Notes under the pieces: model-generated
What the model was told of the DNA's origin: nothing
Seen by the model: the letters and a program-made list of their open reading frames with translations, nothing else
Databases searched by the model: none
Program-made: the position numbers and the translations under genes
Assembly (NCBI GenBank): GCA_903813345.2
Contig: CAIIXF020000001.1
Location: 2,294,001 to 2,358,000, forward strand
Reading direction: 5' to 3'
From: Owenia fusiformis
Lineage: Eukaryota
DNA length: 64,000 nt
Shown: piece after piece, positions 37,360-49,210 of the stretch
How the letters are laid out: each line of letters opens with the position of its first letter
Position numbering within the stretch: position 1 is the first letter of the stretch

Positions 37360-40300
37360 TAGACAAGGTGCATTTTCATCTAGAGGAAATGTGGTAGGCG
37401 TTTAGTGTTAAAAGTGTTCTGACAAGTGTTTCTTATGTAATTTTTTATGCTGAATCCAAAAAACCATGTTGGCAAGCTGAAATATGATTATTTAACCCTT
37501 AAAATACCATGTTAGTCCCCCTACCCCCAAAATTCACCCCTATCAGGGAGAAAAAATTTGTCAACCTAAAATAACTTTGATTTTATGGTTTTTGTAAGTG
37601 AAATACATGGACATTGTATAAAATAAACATTTAAAGTATAAATGATACAGATTACTCTTAAGAAATTTGAATAAAAGCAAAAAGTATGTACCCCAGGGGG
37701 CAAATTTATGACCCATTTTTACTTTTCGTGTCATAACTTTTTTATTAGACAATGATGGAAGCTAAAAAAATCCATGTAAAAGGCATAATACCTTGTCTAC
37801 TCATCCTGCAAGAATCAAAGTAATTCCTTTGATAATTGCCTTGAAAAAAATTAGTGAGTTTAAGAAAAAATGACATTTTAGCTGGGACTGATTTTATGTG
37901 TGACTATAACTGACCCCTATTGCTTTAACATTTATCCCTCTGTATTCATATATTTGGCATTTTAGAATAAATCTAAAATATAAAACTTATTTTAGCTAAG
38001 TTTTAGGAAGATTTAAGCTTTCTAGCATGTTCAAATATTAAAAATTCATGAAATATGATGTCTAAAATTGATAAGTTATAGGTATACCCTTGGAAGACCC
38101 CTATAATTTCTTATTTATGAACATATTTGTACCAATATTAGTTTTCTAGCTTAGACAAATAATGTATGATATATCCTGGCTTGGCTTTCTGATGGTTTGA
38201 ACAATCTTAGGTGTTATCATTGAAAATTCATTCTTAAATCATAGGTCTGCAATTGATTAAATTCAAGTATACCATTAGCCTAGTATCATTCTACTTTGGG
38301 TGTCCAAAAAACAGGACCGAAGAAAAGTTAATTAACTTTGTCAATCCTGCATATTCTGCCTCAAAACTTCAGAATTATTCAGTTCATTCAGTATGAATTT
38401 TGTTGTGAAAGTTTCATGATAATCTGCCTGTGGAGTCAAAAACTACAGCACTTAACAACATATGTCCAATGTGGCCACTTCTCCTCTACATGCACAATCA
38501 AATCTGGCGACGGAAGTTGTTCAATTGTCCATGGCGTGACTAAAATCTATCTAGAGAAGTAAAACTAGTGTCAGACAAATTCTCAGATGTTCTTCAATTT
38601 TAAGTGGATAGCTTCATCAGAAGCTTTGCAATCCATGTTGGTATGTGTAGGAGAGTCATCAACAGCTTCGTTGGCTGGAGTGGTGGCCACATTGGGCATG
38701 TGTTGTAAAATGCTGTAGTTTTTTATTTACTTTATAAGCAGATTATCATTAAATGTTCACAACAAAATTCACATTAAATGAAGTAAATAATTCTGAAATA
38801 TTAAAGCAAAATATGCAAGATTGACCAAAATAATCAACTTGAACAAGCTATGATTTCATAGATTAGTTTGATGTATAACATATTCCGAGCTGACTCTCTG
38901 TTTATTTAAACCATCTAAGAGGCTTAATCATTGAAAATCATTACAAATAAAGGTCTAAACAGACAGTATTAAGGTACACTATTAGAATACCCTTATTATT
39001 TCCAGGCTTAGAGTTTATTGGTACCTACTACTGTTTCATAGCTCGGAGGTTTAATATATGATATATCCTGACTAGTTTTTCTGCAGATTTGAACCAATGA
39101 CAGGTCTTATCATTGATTATACTTTATATACTAGGTCTAAAATTGAAGTATTCAATAGAACCCTCTATGTAAATTCAAAAAAAGATTCAAAATGACATTA
39201 ACCTCAACATTAGATCTGAATAAGGATTAAAATCCTTCATAGAGCTGAACAGGGAAGACAAGACTAACTTCATTCTGGTGTTGATACATGGACCTGGTCC
39301 AAATCTTGCTATACTTCATCCAAGCCCAAAGAAAGGGAAGAGCTTCATCTCAATGCATTTCAATGCATGATCCCTTATTTCATGACCACCAAAATTATGG
39401 AAGGTGTGGCACAGTAAACTTAGAGGAAATGCACTAACTATTAGAATATAGTACCTACTGCAGTTGAGCGTGGATTCTTGCATTGAACTATGTGGTAAAA
39501 GGCTCTACAAATTCAATCAACCAAGTTGATTGACCCTTATGCCAGTATGCTATTGGTTAGAAGGGTGGCAGAATTGTAGGTATAACACAAAGACAATATC
39601 TGCATTGAATAGATGGGCACCGGGGTATAATCTTAGGTCACACATGGGGAGTCCAAATAAGAATGATGTTTGGACTTGTGTTTTGAGATTCCATAGAGGG
39701 GGGGGGGTGGTAATTTGCAAATCAAAACAAGAATCTATGGAAGAAGATAAAATATGTGACATGCTGCTGAAGTTTGGCATGTTTTCAGAAGATCCATTCA
39801 AGTTAATCTCCAAAGTATATGTACAAAAGATGTACTCACAGAAACAATCAACAGGCTCGACAGTTTGGCCAACAACAACTGGATGTCTTTGTGTCTTAGA
39901 GGTTGATACCAACAGGGTCAAATGAAAGACACAACATTTCTTGATCTACTGAGCAAGCACCAACATTTTTTAAACTATATGCCTAATCCCAATATAAACG
40001 AGCAGAAAGTTGTTAAGGCAGACAGGAATGTTTTGCAGAATCTTATCACTGCATATGAAGCTAACCACAGACCTGTGGGCATCAATGAAATCATGAAACA
40101 TGAGCTGATGTCTTTTCCAATAGCCCTCATTGACGAATCAAGCCAACTCAAATGTACTCTACTCCTTAACTGTTTAACAAATGGTATTGAAATGCCAACC
40201 GTAATATTTCCAATATATGATCCTTCTTACAAATTAGCATCAATAGCATCTACATCTGAGGATTTGGCTACAGTCTTCAAGGAAGCAAAACTTCAGCAGT

Positions 40301-42298
40301 GAAGTGTACTGTGCCCCTTCTTGCATACTTTTGGTGGTCATATCTCATGAAAAAGGGGATCATGCATTGAAATACATTGAGATGAAGCTCCCTATTTCCC
40401 TTTCTTTGGGCTATGGTGAAGCGTATCAAGATTTGGACCATGTCCATGTATTACTACCAGAATGAAAAGTAATCCTTGTCTTCCTTGTTCAGCTCTATGA
40501 AGGATTGTAATTCTGATTTACAAGAGTCATCCGAGATCACATCAATCAGTTGCTTTATTTGATTTCCAGATCCAATGTTGTGGTTAATGTCATTCTGAAT
40601 CTTTTTTGAATTTCCCATATATGGTTCTATTGGATTTAAATTTCAAAAATTGCTACTCTGCAAAAACTCTCATTAACTGAAACATCCCGCTAATTCAAAA
40701 TGTTGTCAAAGTGAGTATACGCCATTTGTCAAGAATTTCTGCCTTAACTACAAGAGTAACACAGAAAGGTTAATGGGGACAGGGGGGGGGGGATTTTTTA
40801 ATATGACTAAACATTGTTCAGGGAAGAAAACTCCATAAAATGAAGATTTGTATGAATCATTGGTACTTTTGCTCTCACGTCATGCAATTGTCAAGCTGCT
40901 TAGAATGAAATTAGCCTTGTCTTCCTAGTTCAGCTGTATGAAGAATTGTAATTCTGATTCAGATCCAGTGTTGAGGTTAATGTCATTCTGAATCTTTTTT
41001 GAATTTATTATAGAGGGTTCTATTGAATACTTCAATTTTAGACCTAGTATATTAAGTATATTCAATGATTAGACCTGTTAGGTGGTTCAAATCAGCAGAA
41101 AAACTAGTCAGAATATGTCATATATCAAACCTCCGAGCTATGAGACAGTAGTAGGTACCAATATACTCTAAGCCTGGAATTAATAAGGGTGTTCTAATAG
41201 TCTACCTTAATACTGTCCGTTTAGGCCTTTATTTGTAATGGTTTTCAATGATTAAGCCTCTTAGATGGTTAAAATCACCAGAAAGTCAGCTTGGAATATG
41301 TCATACATCAAACAACTAATCTATGAAATCATAGTTAGTTCATTTATGCTCATACCAGTAGAATGATACTAATGGTATACATGAATTTAATCGATTGCAG
41401 ACCTATGATTTAAGAATGAATTTTCAATGATAACACTTAAAAGATTGTTCAAACCACCAGAAAGCCAAGCCAGGATATATCATACATCATTTCTCTCAGC
41501 TAGAAAACTAATATTGGTACAAATATGTTCATAAATAAGAAATTATAAGGGTCTTCCAAGGGTATACGTCAATTTATCAATTTTAGACATCATATTTCAT
41601 GAATTTTTAATAGTTGAACATGATAAAAAGCTTAAATCTTCCTAAAACTTTGCTAAAATAAGTTTTATATTTTAGATTTATTCTAAAATGCTAAATATAT
41701 GAACACAGAGGGATAAATGTTAAAGCAATAGGGGTCAGTTATAGTCACACATAAAATCAGTCCCAGCTAAAATGTCATTTTTTCTTAAATTCACTAATTT
41801 TTTTCAAGGCAATTATCAAAGGAATTACTTTGATTCTTGCAGGATTAGTAGACCAGGTATTATGCCTTTTACATGGATTTTTTTAGCATCCATCATTGTC
41901 TAATAAAAAAGTTATGACACGAAAAGTAAAAAATGGGTCATAAATTTGCCCCCTGGGGTACATACTTTTTGCTTTTATTCAAATTTCTTAAGGGTAATCC
42001 GTATCATTCATACTTCAAATGTTTATTTTATACAATGTCCATGTATTTCACTTACAAAAACCATAAAATCAAAGTTATTTTAGGTTGAAGAATTTTTTCC
42101 CCCTGATAAGGGTGGATTTTTGGGGTAGGGGGACTAACATGGTATTTTAAGGGTTAAATAATCATATTTCAGCTTGCCAACATGGTTTTTTGGATTCAGC
42201 ATAAAAAGTTACATTAGAAACACTTGTCAGAACACTTTTAACACTAAACGCCTACCACATTTTACAGAGAGACCTTTTGCAGAAAAGCACCCGGTCTA
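37360..42298 (+). mobile_element. Non-autonomous Academ-like DNA transposon, 4939 bp, ~2-kb inverted arms, 3-bp TSD TAT
   Basis: TAT|TAGACAAGGTGC ... GCACCCGGTCTA|TAT; arms 37388-39384 vs 40345-42262. Central remnants LHLNAFQCMIPYF..HQNYGR, VGITQ..ALNRW, ADRNVLQNLITAYE..HELMSFPIAL resemble Academ transposases. TAG terminus, 3-bp TSD and long TIRs fit that superfamily. Confidence 0.8.
38296..38839 (-). mobile_element. Truncated Tc1/mariner-derived element inserted in the left Academ arm
   Basis: Absent from the right arm. Begins GGGTGTCCAAAAAAC; inverted TCAATCCTGCATATT / AATATGCAAGATTGA; remnant NNFRRQI*LC...SGHIGH on -. Confidence 0.55.
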
Positions 42299-42580
42299 TA
42301 TTAGGTCTCTTTATCATAAGATAATATATAAAATATACCCAGCAAATGTATAAGATGAAAAAGAAAGAGAATAATGAATGTGAAAAATGTAAATTAAGAG
42401 ACACATACAAGCATTTCTTTGTTGAGTGTCCAGATATCAAACAGGTTTGGGATTGGTGAAAAAGTTTGGTCAAGATAAAAAAATATCGATCCTAGTCCAG
42501 CAGAAATAATGAAAGGGACAAAAATCAAAAAATTAATTTAGTAAGGTATTCCAGTGGCCCATAACGTTACTAGCAAATAT
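42299..42580 (+). mobile_element. 3' continuation of the L1/Tx1 LINE (zinc knuckle)
   Basis: YHKIIYKIYPAN...CEKCKLRDTYKHFFVECPDIKQVW (CCHC knuckle). Joins 37359 as KAPRL|LGL once the insertion and one TAT are removed. Confidence 0.85.
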
Positions 42581-42605
42581 AAAAAGGGAGGCCATGCAAA
42601 GGATA

Positions 42606-43312
42606 GGTATCGATATGGTGAACTGAATTCAATGTTTTTCTCTTAAACCAATTATTGAAATCATTCTGTAAAAAACACGGTCCTTTATGTAATGTTGACT
42701 TATTGACTTCAATTTCATGCAAAAATTATTTATATATATTTTATATAACTGTTTTTGTTAACTTTTTTTAGTGTTATTGCTTTTTGCTCATTTCTACCAA
42801 TTATTGAGAGTGAAATAAAATGTCTTTCCGAACCTTGTTGGAACAAAATAGCAACATTTTTTAGACCTCTCAATATTATAGTTTTACAAAGGAAATTTTG
42901 GTTGATTAAAAAAAGTATGCAAAAACTTAAAACAAAACCCCCAAAATAGATAAAAATTAAGATAAACCTTTTATTTCATTAACAAGATACTTTTTTAAAA
43001 TCAATCAAACTTTCCTTTGTACAATTACAATATTGAGAGACCTACATGTAAACACGTTGTGTTTATGTCGTTTTGTTCCAATGAGGTTCGGATAGATGTT
43101 TCATTTCATTCCGAACATATGATGCCAAGAACGAAAAAAGTGTCTGATGTGTTTTCCAAAACAATATAGAGAAAAGAATATATGTATAATTCAAATTATA
43201 ATGCTACCATCCAAAAGACGACCATTAAATTGACGATGTGTAAAATTTTCAGAATGTTTTGATGACTGGTCCAAGAGAAACGCGTTTTTAAAAAGTTCAC
43301 AATATCGATACC
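42606..43312. mobile_element. ~700-bp TIR element, copy 1 (inverted copy at 50278-51302)
   Basis: GGTATCGATATGGTGAAC ... GTTCACAATATCGATACC; body is the reverse complement of 50278-51302. Confidence 0.8.
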
Positions 43313-44066
43313 ACTCTTTTGGAGTTTTTATTTATCTTTGAAATATTGATTAAAAAAATGTAAGTGACTAAGTGTTACACAACCTGTTGATGTTGCTAGT
43401 ATTGTATTATGCTATACTTGTCACTGGAAAGAAAAAAGGCCCTGGTATTATAAATGAAACATAGGCTGAAATTCAAAAATACCAAAATGAAATAACAAGA
43501 TAACCATTGTGCTCCGTTTGCTCTAAAATTAAATATTTATTGCAATGCCTTGCAACAAAGAACACATAGCCCTAGTGCTGAATATTCGTTCTTTGATTGA
43601 ATTGAAAATAAAAAATAATCTGTACTTATAACTTTGAAAACAGCCCATTCCCTATCAACATTCCGCTTTTTTGTATAGCACGTCTGGCACCATGTAAGAG
43701 ACAAATGCAAAAGATCGATGTCGGATAATTAACTAAATTTTGATAGTTAGGGGGAGGGTGTTATTATCCCAAATAGTTAAGCTCTGACGATATCGATTAT
43801 TGAATTCCCGGGAATCGTCATGGTCATTTTGTGATGATCCTTCACATTACTGAGCATGGTAATGGGATTGAAGGATTGGGGTTGTCACTTTGTTTCACTT
43901 CTGCTCTTTCTTACTTTTTGTAGTTACTTTGATTTATGTTGGAGTGTAGATTTTGAAAAAGGGTTGTTGTTTTAATGACCCGAGGGCACCCAAGGTGAAT
44001 GACAAACTAATGAGCATTGTGTAACAAGCCAGATAAAGAAATTGAAAGAAAGTGTGCTAAATTCAA

Positions 44067-44138
44067 TCCCTCGTGTGGGAATCGAACCTAGACCCTTGGA
44101 TCCAAAGACTTATGCTCTACCATCTGAGGTAAAAAGGC
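44067..44138 (-). pseudogene. tRNA-like sequence (pseudo-tRNA or SINE head)
   Basis: - strand GCCTTTTTACCTCAGATGGTAGAGCATAAGTCTTTGGATCCAAGGGTCTAGGTTCGATTCCCACACGAGGGA: A-box and B-box (GGTTCGATTCC) at tRNA spacing, but the acceptor and anticodon stems pair poorly. Confidence 0.7.
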
Positions 44139-44521
44139 TCAAGCCGCTACATCTGGACTGTAGTACCAACTTGCTATAAAGGATCGTGATATAGGCGAGC
44201 TAAAATTTAGAGCCATTCATTCATTATGTTCATTCATTCATTCAATATCTATTGAATTATTAGGGTCTTAAATTGTTTAATCATGGATAAAGACTTTGTA
44301 TTTGTATATATTATGTCATAAATATGTTTATACCATGGTCAGAGCAATATCAGGTATAATAGCAAGTGATAAAACACATATTTGGGACAGGGATGATATC
44401 AGGGAATGATATCGCGATTAGAGGTATGATATCAGGTTACTATATTTGCACATAGCCATCTTTAGATAGCTTTGTGTAAACTAAGTAAATATCAGGGATG
44501 ATAGATATCATTCCGGGTTAA

Positions 44522-45278
44522 GGTCTCATGGAAGTTAACAGGAAATGACAAAACAAAAAATGACAAAGCCATGCTGGATTTTGAAAAATTTTTTAAACCA
44601 AGATAACAGAGTTCTGTTTGGACCTCCAGTCAGTTTAACTAGTTCCACATATCATTTATATGACCGGGAACACAATTGAAATGGTCAGAATGACCATAAA
44701 CATGATAGAATAACCTTTTCAGCCCTCTGAAAATGTGACTAAAAAATAGCTAAGAGTCTGTGCTCAGGAAAGGTCACTTAACAGAATCTTTTGACTTTTT
44801 CAGAAAATGTGCCCAATATATTGCTCTAAATGATACAATTTAAACAAATTTGATATCATTCTTAGAAAAAGAAAAAATTAAAAAAAACTGAATTGAAAAT
44901 CGATCTATTTTCCTTTTTACAACAGCCATCATTGTTTCAGACAATCTTTTTAAATTTCAAAGATTGTGTCATTTAGAGCAATATATTGGACACATTTTCT
45001 GAAAAAATCAAAAGATTCTGTTGATTTACCTTTCCTGAGCACCTACTTTTAGCTATTTTTCAGTCACATTTTCAAAGGGCTGAAAAGGTTATTTTATCAT
45101 GTTTATGGTCATTCTGACCATTTCAATTGTGTTCCCAGTCATGTAAATGATATGTGGAACTAGTTAAACTGACTGGAGGTCCAAACAGAACTCTGTTATC
45201 TTGGTTCAAAAAATTTTCAAAATCCAGCATGGCTTTGTCATTTTTTGTTTTGTCATTTCCTGTTAACTTCCATGAGAC
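44522..45278. mobile_element. Palindromic MITE (~760 bp, ~315-bp arms), Kolobok-like left end
   Basis: TTAA|GGTCTCATGGAAGTTAACAGGAAATGAC ... GTCATTTCCTGTTAACTTCCATGAGAC; right TTAA not preserved. Confidence 0.82.
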
Positions 45279-46007
45279 GTCGAAACTTTTACAATTTTTC
45301 CAGAAAAATCATTTTTTCAAAATTTTTCATTTTTGCGTCCTTGGGAAATATTGCTATCATCCTTGTGATATTCCCCATATCAAATCCCTCCTGGTAAATA
45401 ACTATAGTAGCGATTTGTGTTTAATGTAGTCGTTTCGTTTCACAATTTAGTTTGTGATCTAGTATTTTCGTTCCGCAAGTAAGTGTCCATCTAGTAAGTT
45501 TCGTTTTCTCCAAATTGGAAAGTCGTTCCGAAGCTCCTATCGAGAAATTCAGGTTTGTTTGACTTTGTTCCAGACCACGGATAATGGGAAGTTTTCCATA
45601 TATAAACTGAACCTATAGATAACACGGGGGGGGGGGGTTTCTGTTACTATGCTTCGTTCTCATATAATTCAAATAGTAGTGTAAATCTAGTTGAAAGCCC
45701 ATGGAAATACTTTCAACTTTGAATTTAAAAAATAAGCAATCAAATGACGATATTGCTAGTCTACAGTATATGAAAAAATAGAAACATATGTACAACTCCT
45801 AACTTTTGTATATTTCAGATAGTTATGTATAATGTGCAGCAAAGCTATGGCCTTTTGTAATTTAGGGAGTTTCGGCCATGCTTATTTTTTCCGGAAAAAA
45901 ACATGGCACTGAGAAGCATCAAAATATAAGAGTAAATGTTTCTATTTTTACGAAGGCCCCCCACGAAGTGGGCGGAGCCTTTCGTTCTATGGACCGACTG
46001 TCGACCA

Positions 46008-46017
46008 GTCACGTGAC
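46008..46017. promoter_or_regulatory. CLEAR element (MiT/TFE E-box) in the putative NPC1 promoter
   Basis: Perfect GTCACGTGAC, with GC box GGGCGGAGC (45970), YY1-like CCGCCATT (46025) and CRE TGACGTCA (46205), in a CpG-retaining unique patch upstream of a lysosomal gene. Confidence 0.7.
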
Positions 46018-47320
46018 CAAAAGTCCGCCATTATGGCAAATCATCAGAGCAACGATCACAACGTCATATGTTGTGTTTGTGATGAAGATATGACGTACAT
46101 GTAGTATAACATAAACTATGACATCAGTTACTTATTGCCCTATCAACTCAACAGACAAGAAAGCTAAACGTCACACATCACAGTGTTTATTATATTTTAA
46201 TTTGTGACGTCATTAACATGTTACCTAGCCAACAGAAAACAAGCAGTAAAATGTAGTTTGTTCATTGTCTTTCTCTGCGGTATTTCCATAAAAAGTGGAT
46301 CAGTTTTGTCAAAATAGCATTATGGCCTTCGTATTTTTCTAGTGTCATTTTCATTTGATATTCTTGTTAAATAATCTGTTTCAATATGGTGCTTTAATTC
46401 CTTATTTTTTAGATTCAAAGTAGTTCCAAACATTTATTTTGAAAATTTAAGGCCCATTTTCTTCAAAATTTGGCCAAAAATAAGAAAATAAGTCCTTAAA
46501 AGGCCAAATAATGTCCAAAAAGGCCCACTTATTGGGGCCTAGAATAGGCTTAGGGTTTAATCATACGTTTTTCAGGGGCGGATCTCCCGGGGGTTTCACT
46601 CCAAGATACTTCTTAATACATATGTGCCGCCCCAAAGACCCCATTTTTGAGCATTTTTTCCATTTCCACTCAGATTAGCCAATTTCCATGTTTTATGCTC
46701 AAAGCCAAAATTGGCTGTGTTGCACATACCTACCCAAATTATTTAGAGTGAACCCCCCGGGGTGGATCTGGGAATCAACAAGGGGGCCCAAAGGGGGAGC
46801 AAATGTGACCCAGGCATTATATGGATCTATCACATTTTGTGGAATTACACCAATTGTAATTATAGTGGCTTTAATGGAAAGCGCTTTACAAAATCGCCAT
46901 CCTGATTACACCAACATTTCTAAAGCGCCTAAGGAATTTTATTTTGGAATTACACCTGTCATTTCTAAAATGCCTTTCATGCACTTTTAACTATGACAGG
47001 AAATGATGGATGGGACACAAAAAATGCAAAAGGTCATCAAATTATATCGCAAAAATTGAAAGTAAGTTCACATCACTGGGAAAAGTCTCAATAACGTTTC
47101 TCTTAGATGCTAAAAGAATTCATTTATTGTACATATACACATCTGCTGGATATTCTCCATATCTACAGATTATTTGCCAGTGATGTGAACTTACTTTCAA
47201 TTTTTGCGATATAAGATGACCTATTGCATTTTTTGGGTCCCATCCATCTTTTCCTGTATTTTTGGGGTGGCCCAAATGTGCAGCATTCAAGTTACGTCTT
47301 ATTTCGTTTAGGGCAAATGG

Positions 47321-47646
47321 CAGGGGCGGATCTGGGAACCAACAGGGGGGAGGCAAACTTCTCGTCTGAGAAAAAAAGTTCCGCGCTTGCGCAGAAAAAA
47401 ATTGTGGGCCCTAAAACCCAAAATGGGCCCATATTTTAAAATTTTGAGGCACATTTTCTTCAAAATTTGGCCTAAACTGAAAAAATAAGGCCTTAAACGG
47501 CCAATTTATGATCAAAAAGGGCTACTTTTTGGGGCCTTAAGGCCTTTTTTGGCTCAAAATTTGTTTTGGGCACAATTTTTTTTCTGGGCCCACCCAAGGG
47601 GGGAGGGGGGCCGGGCCCCTGGGGCCCCCCCCTAGATCCGCCAGTG
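47321..47646. mobile_element. CA...TG-ended MITE with 5-bp TSD (AATGG), nested in another palindromic element (~46825-47830)
   Basis: AATGG|CAGGGGCGGATC ... GATCCGCCAGTG|AATGG. Related GGCC-rich fragments at ~29550-29685, 30460-30600, 46430-46800, 53870-54138. Confidence 0.78.
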
Positions 47647-48100
47647 AATGGTAAAAACCCGGGTAAGGCATTTTACAAAAAAACGATCAGCATTACACTA
47701 CACTCTTAAAACGCCTAAGAGTTTAGGAAAAGTGCTTTTGTAAAACTGCAATCGTGATTACACCTATTTTTCAACACAAGTTAAAACCTTAGGCGCCTTT
47801 CTAAAATGCATGGTGTAATTCCAGCAACGGTCCCTTTTCCATATAGCTCTGAGATCTCGTTAAAGTCTCGTTTTAATGATGAGATTTTGGGAGATCTGCA
47901 TTTCTAACCATTAAAGACTAACATTTTCTTCTATTTGATGGCATATTTTAATTGTGTGTGTTATTTTCTATTCGAACATGACTGTATTCATGCCTTCTAT
48001 AAACTGTGAACAAAGTCAATGCTTCAGCTGAGTTATATTCGAGATCAAATTCCCTGGCTCTGTACTAAGTGTTTCGTTCAGTGCACTCATTGGTCAGTTT

Positions 48101-48326
48101 AGGCCGTTCCATTCTTTTCGCATCCCCCTCTCGTTTGCAAAATTCAAAATGGCAAATTGTCCGGAAGCAAAATATCCGCCGTGATTTTTTTGTTTCTGGG
48201 CAATAAAGAATTAATTTCAATAATTATCAATGTAGTAGATATGCGTGAAACCAATAAAATAGGCCGAAATGTCAATAAAAAAACTTAGTCGGGGTCAGGA
48301 GGTAAGTAAACAAATTGGAACAGCCA
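48101..48326. mobile_element. Small MITE
   Basis: GGCCGTTCCATT ... AATTGGAACAGCC terminal inverted repeat. Confidence 0.5.
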
Positions 48327-48415
48327 ACCGGAAGTAGAAATGAAAAAAAAATTGGAAATGACAATGAAATTGACGATTTTGCATTATTCTGGTGAGTTTT
48401 CATGTTCGAATCGTA

Positions 48416-48581
48416 ATATAGACCTCAGAGCAGGGGTACTAGTTTCAAATACACCCCTTAGGTCTCAGCACAAAAGCTTTCGAACCCCTCACTCCCTTCG
48501 GTCGTTCGGGATACAGAAATCGTTTGTGCCGAGACCAGCGGGGTGTATTCGAAACTAGTACCCCTGCTCTTCGGTCTATAT
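48416..48581. repeat. 166-bp hairpin element
   Basis: ATATAGACC..AGAGCAGGGGTACTAGTTTC.AATACACCCC / GGGGTGTATT.GAAACTAGTACCCCTGCTCT..GGTCTATAT. Confidence 0.8.
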
Positions 48582-49032
48582 TTCTTAATCAAAACAACTT
48601 TAAATTGCACCATTATTTACCTTCATTTAAATTCTAATGATTTTCTAGATGTCCAAAAAAGGTTGGGCTAAATCCCCATTGACAAAATGCTGAAAAACCT
48701 TTAAAAGTTTATTTACTCTTACAAGGATCACAATTTTAATGTGAAATCACAATCCACATGTCAATAAGATCATAAAGTTAAATTCCAGTGGTGTTTTAAG
48801 TTGATCCAAATGAAATTACTTCTTAAATCAAGAAATTAAGTGACTCTGGCAATACATTTACATGTATTCTTGCCCTACCCTAGCCCTACCAATACCCATA
48901 ATGCCATCTATTTTCCATTTGTATGGAAAAGGGTCAATTGATGCCACATGACCAAATACCAACTCTGAATCTTGGAAATCCCGCCTGATCTTCAAATAAA
49001 ATAAGTGCATGTATACACTAAAAATTCTGCAG

Positions 49033-49210
49033 GCAAGCTGTTCTTCGTCTGAGGAGGGCCATTGTGTTTGGTATGGCGAATGCTGGGATCCACCTACTAA
49101 AGATTGGGCTATGTCAAAGAAGCTCAATTGTCCATATTCTGGTCCTGCCAAGCAGATGAACAATACAATTGGACTACAGAAGCTTCAAGAGCTATGTCCA
49201 CAATATGTAG
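49033..49210 (+). CDS. NPC1: NPC1 exon (start of N-terminal sterol-binding domain)
   Basis: CTGCAG acceptor, GTAAGA donor; HCVWYGEC...NCPYSGPAK...LQELCP. Confidence 0.9.

Noticed and set aside
44067-44138. Functional tRNA-Gln gene
   Set aside because: Acceptor and anticodon stems do not pair adequately; kept only as tRNA-like.
48269-48391. Candidate NPC1 first exons (MSIKKLSRGQE|GTAAGT and MKKKLEM...YS|GTGAGT)
   Set aside because: The first lacks a hydrophobic core and sits in a MITE end; the second is phase 1, incompatible with the phase-0 exon at 49033.
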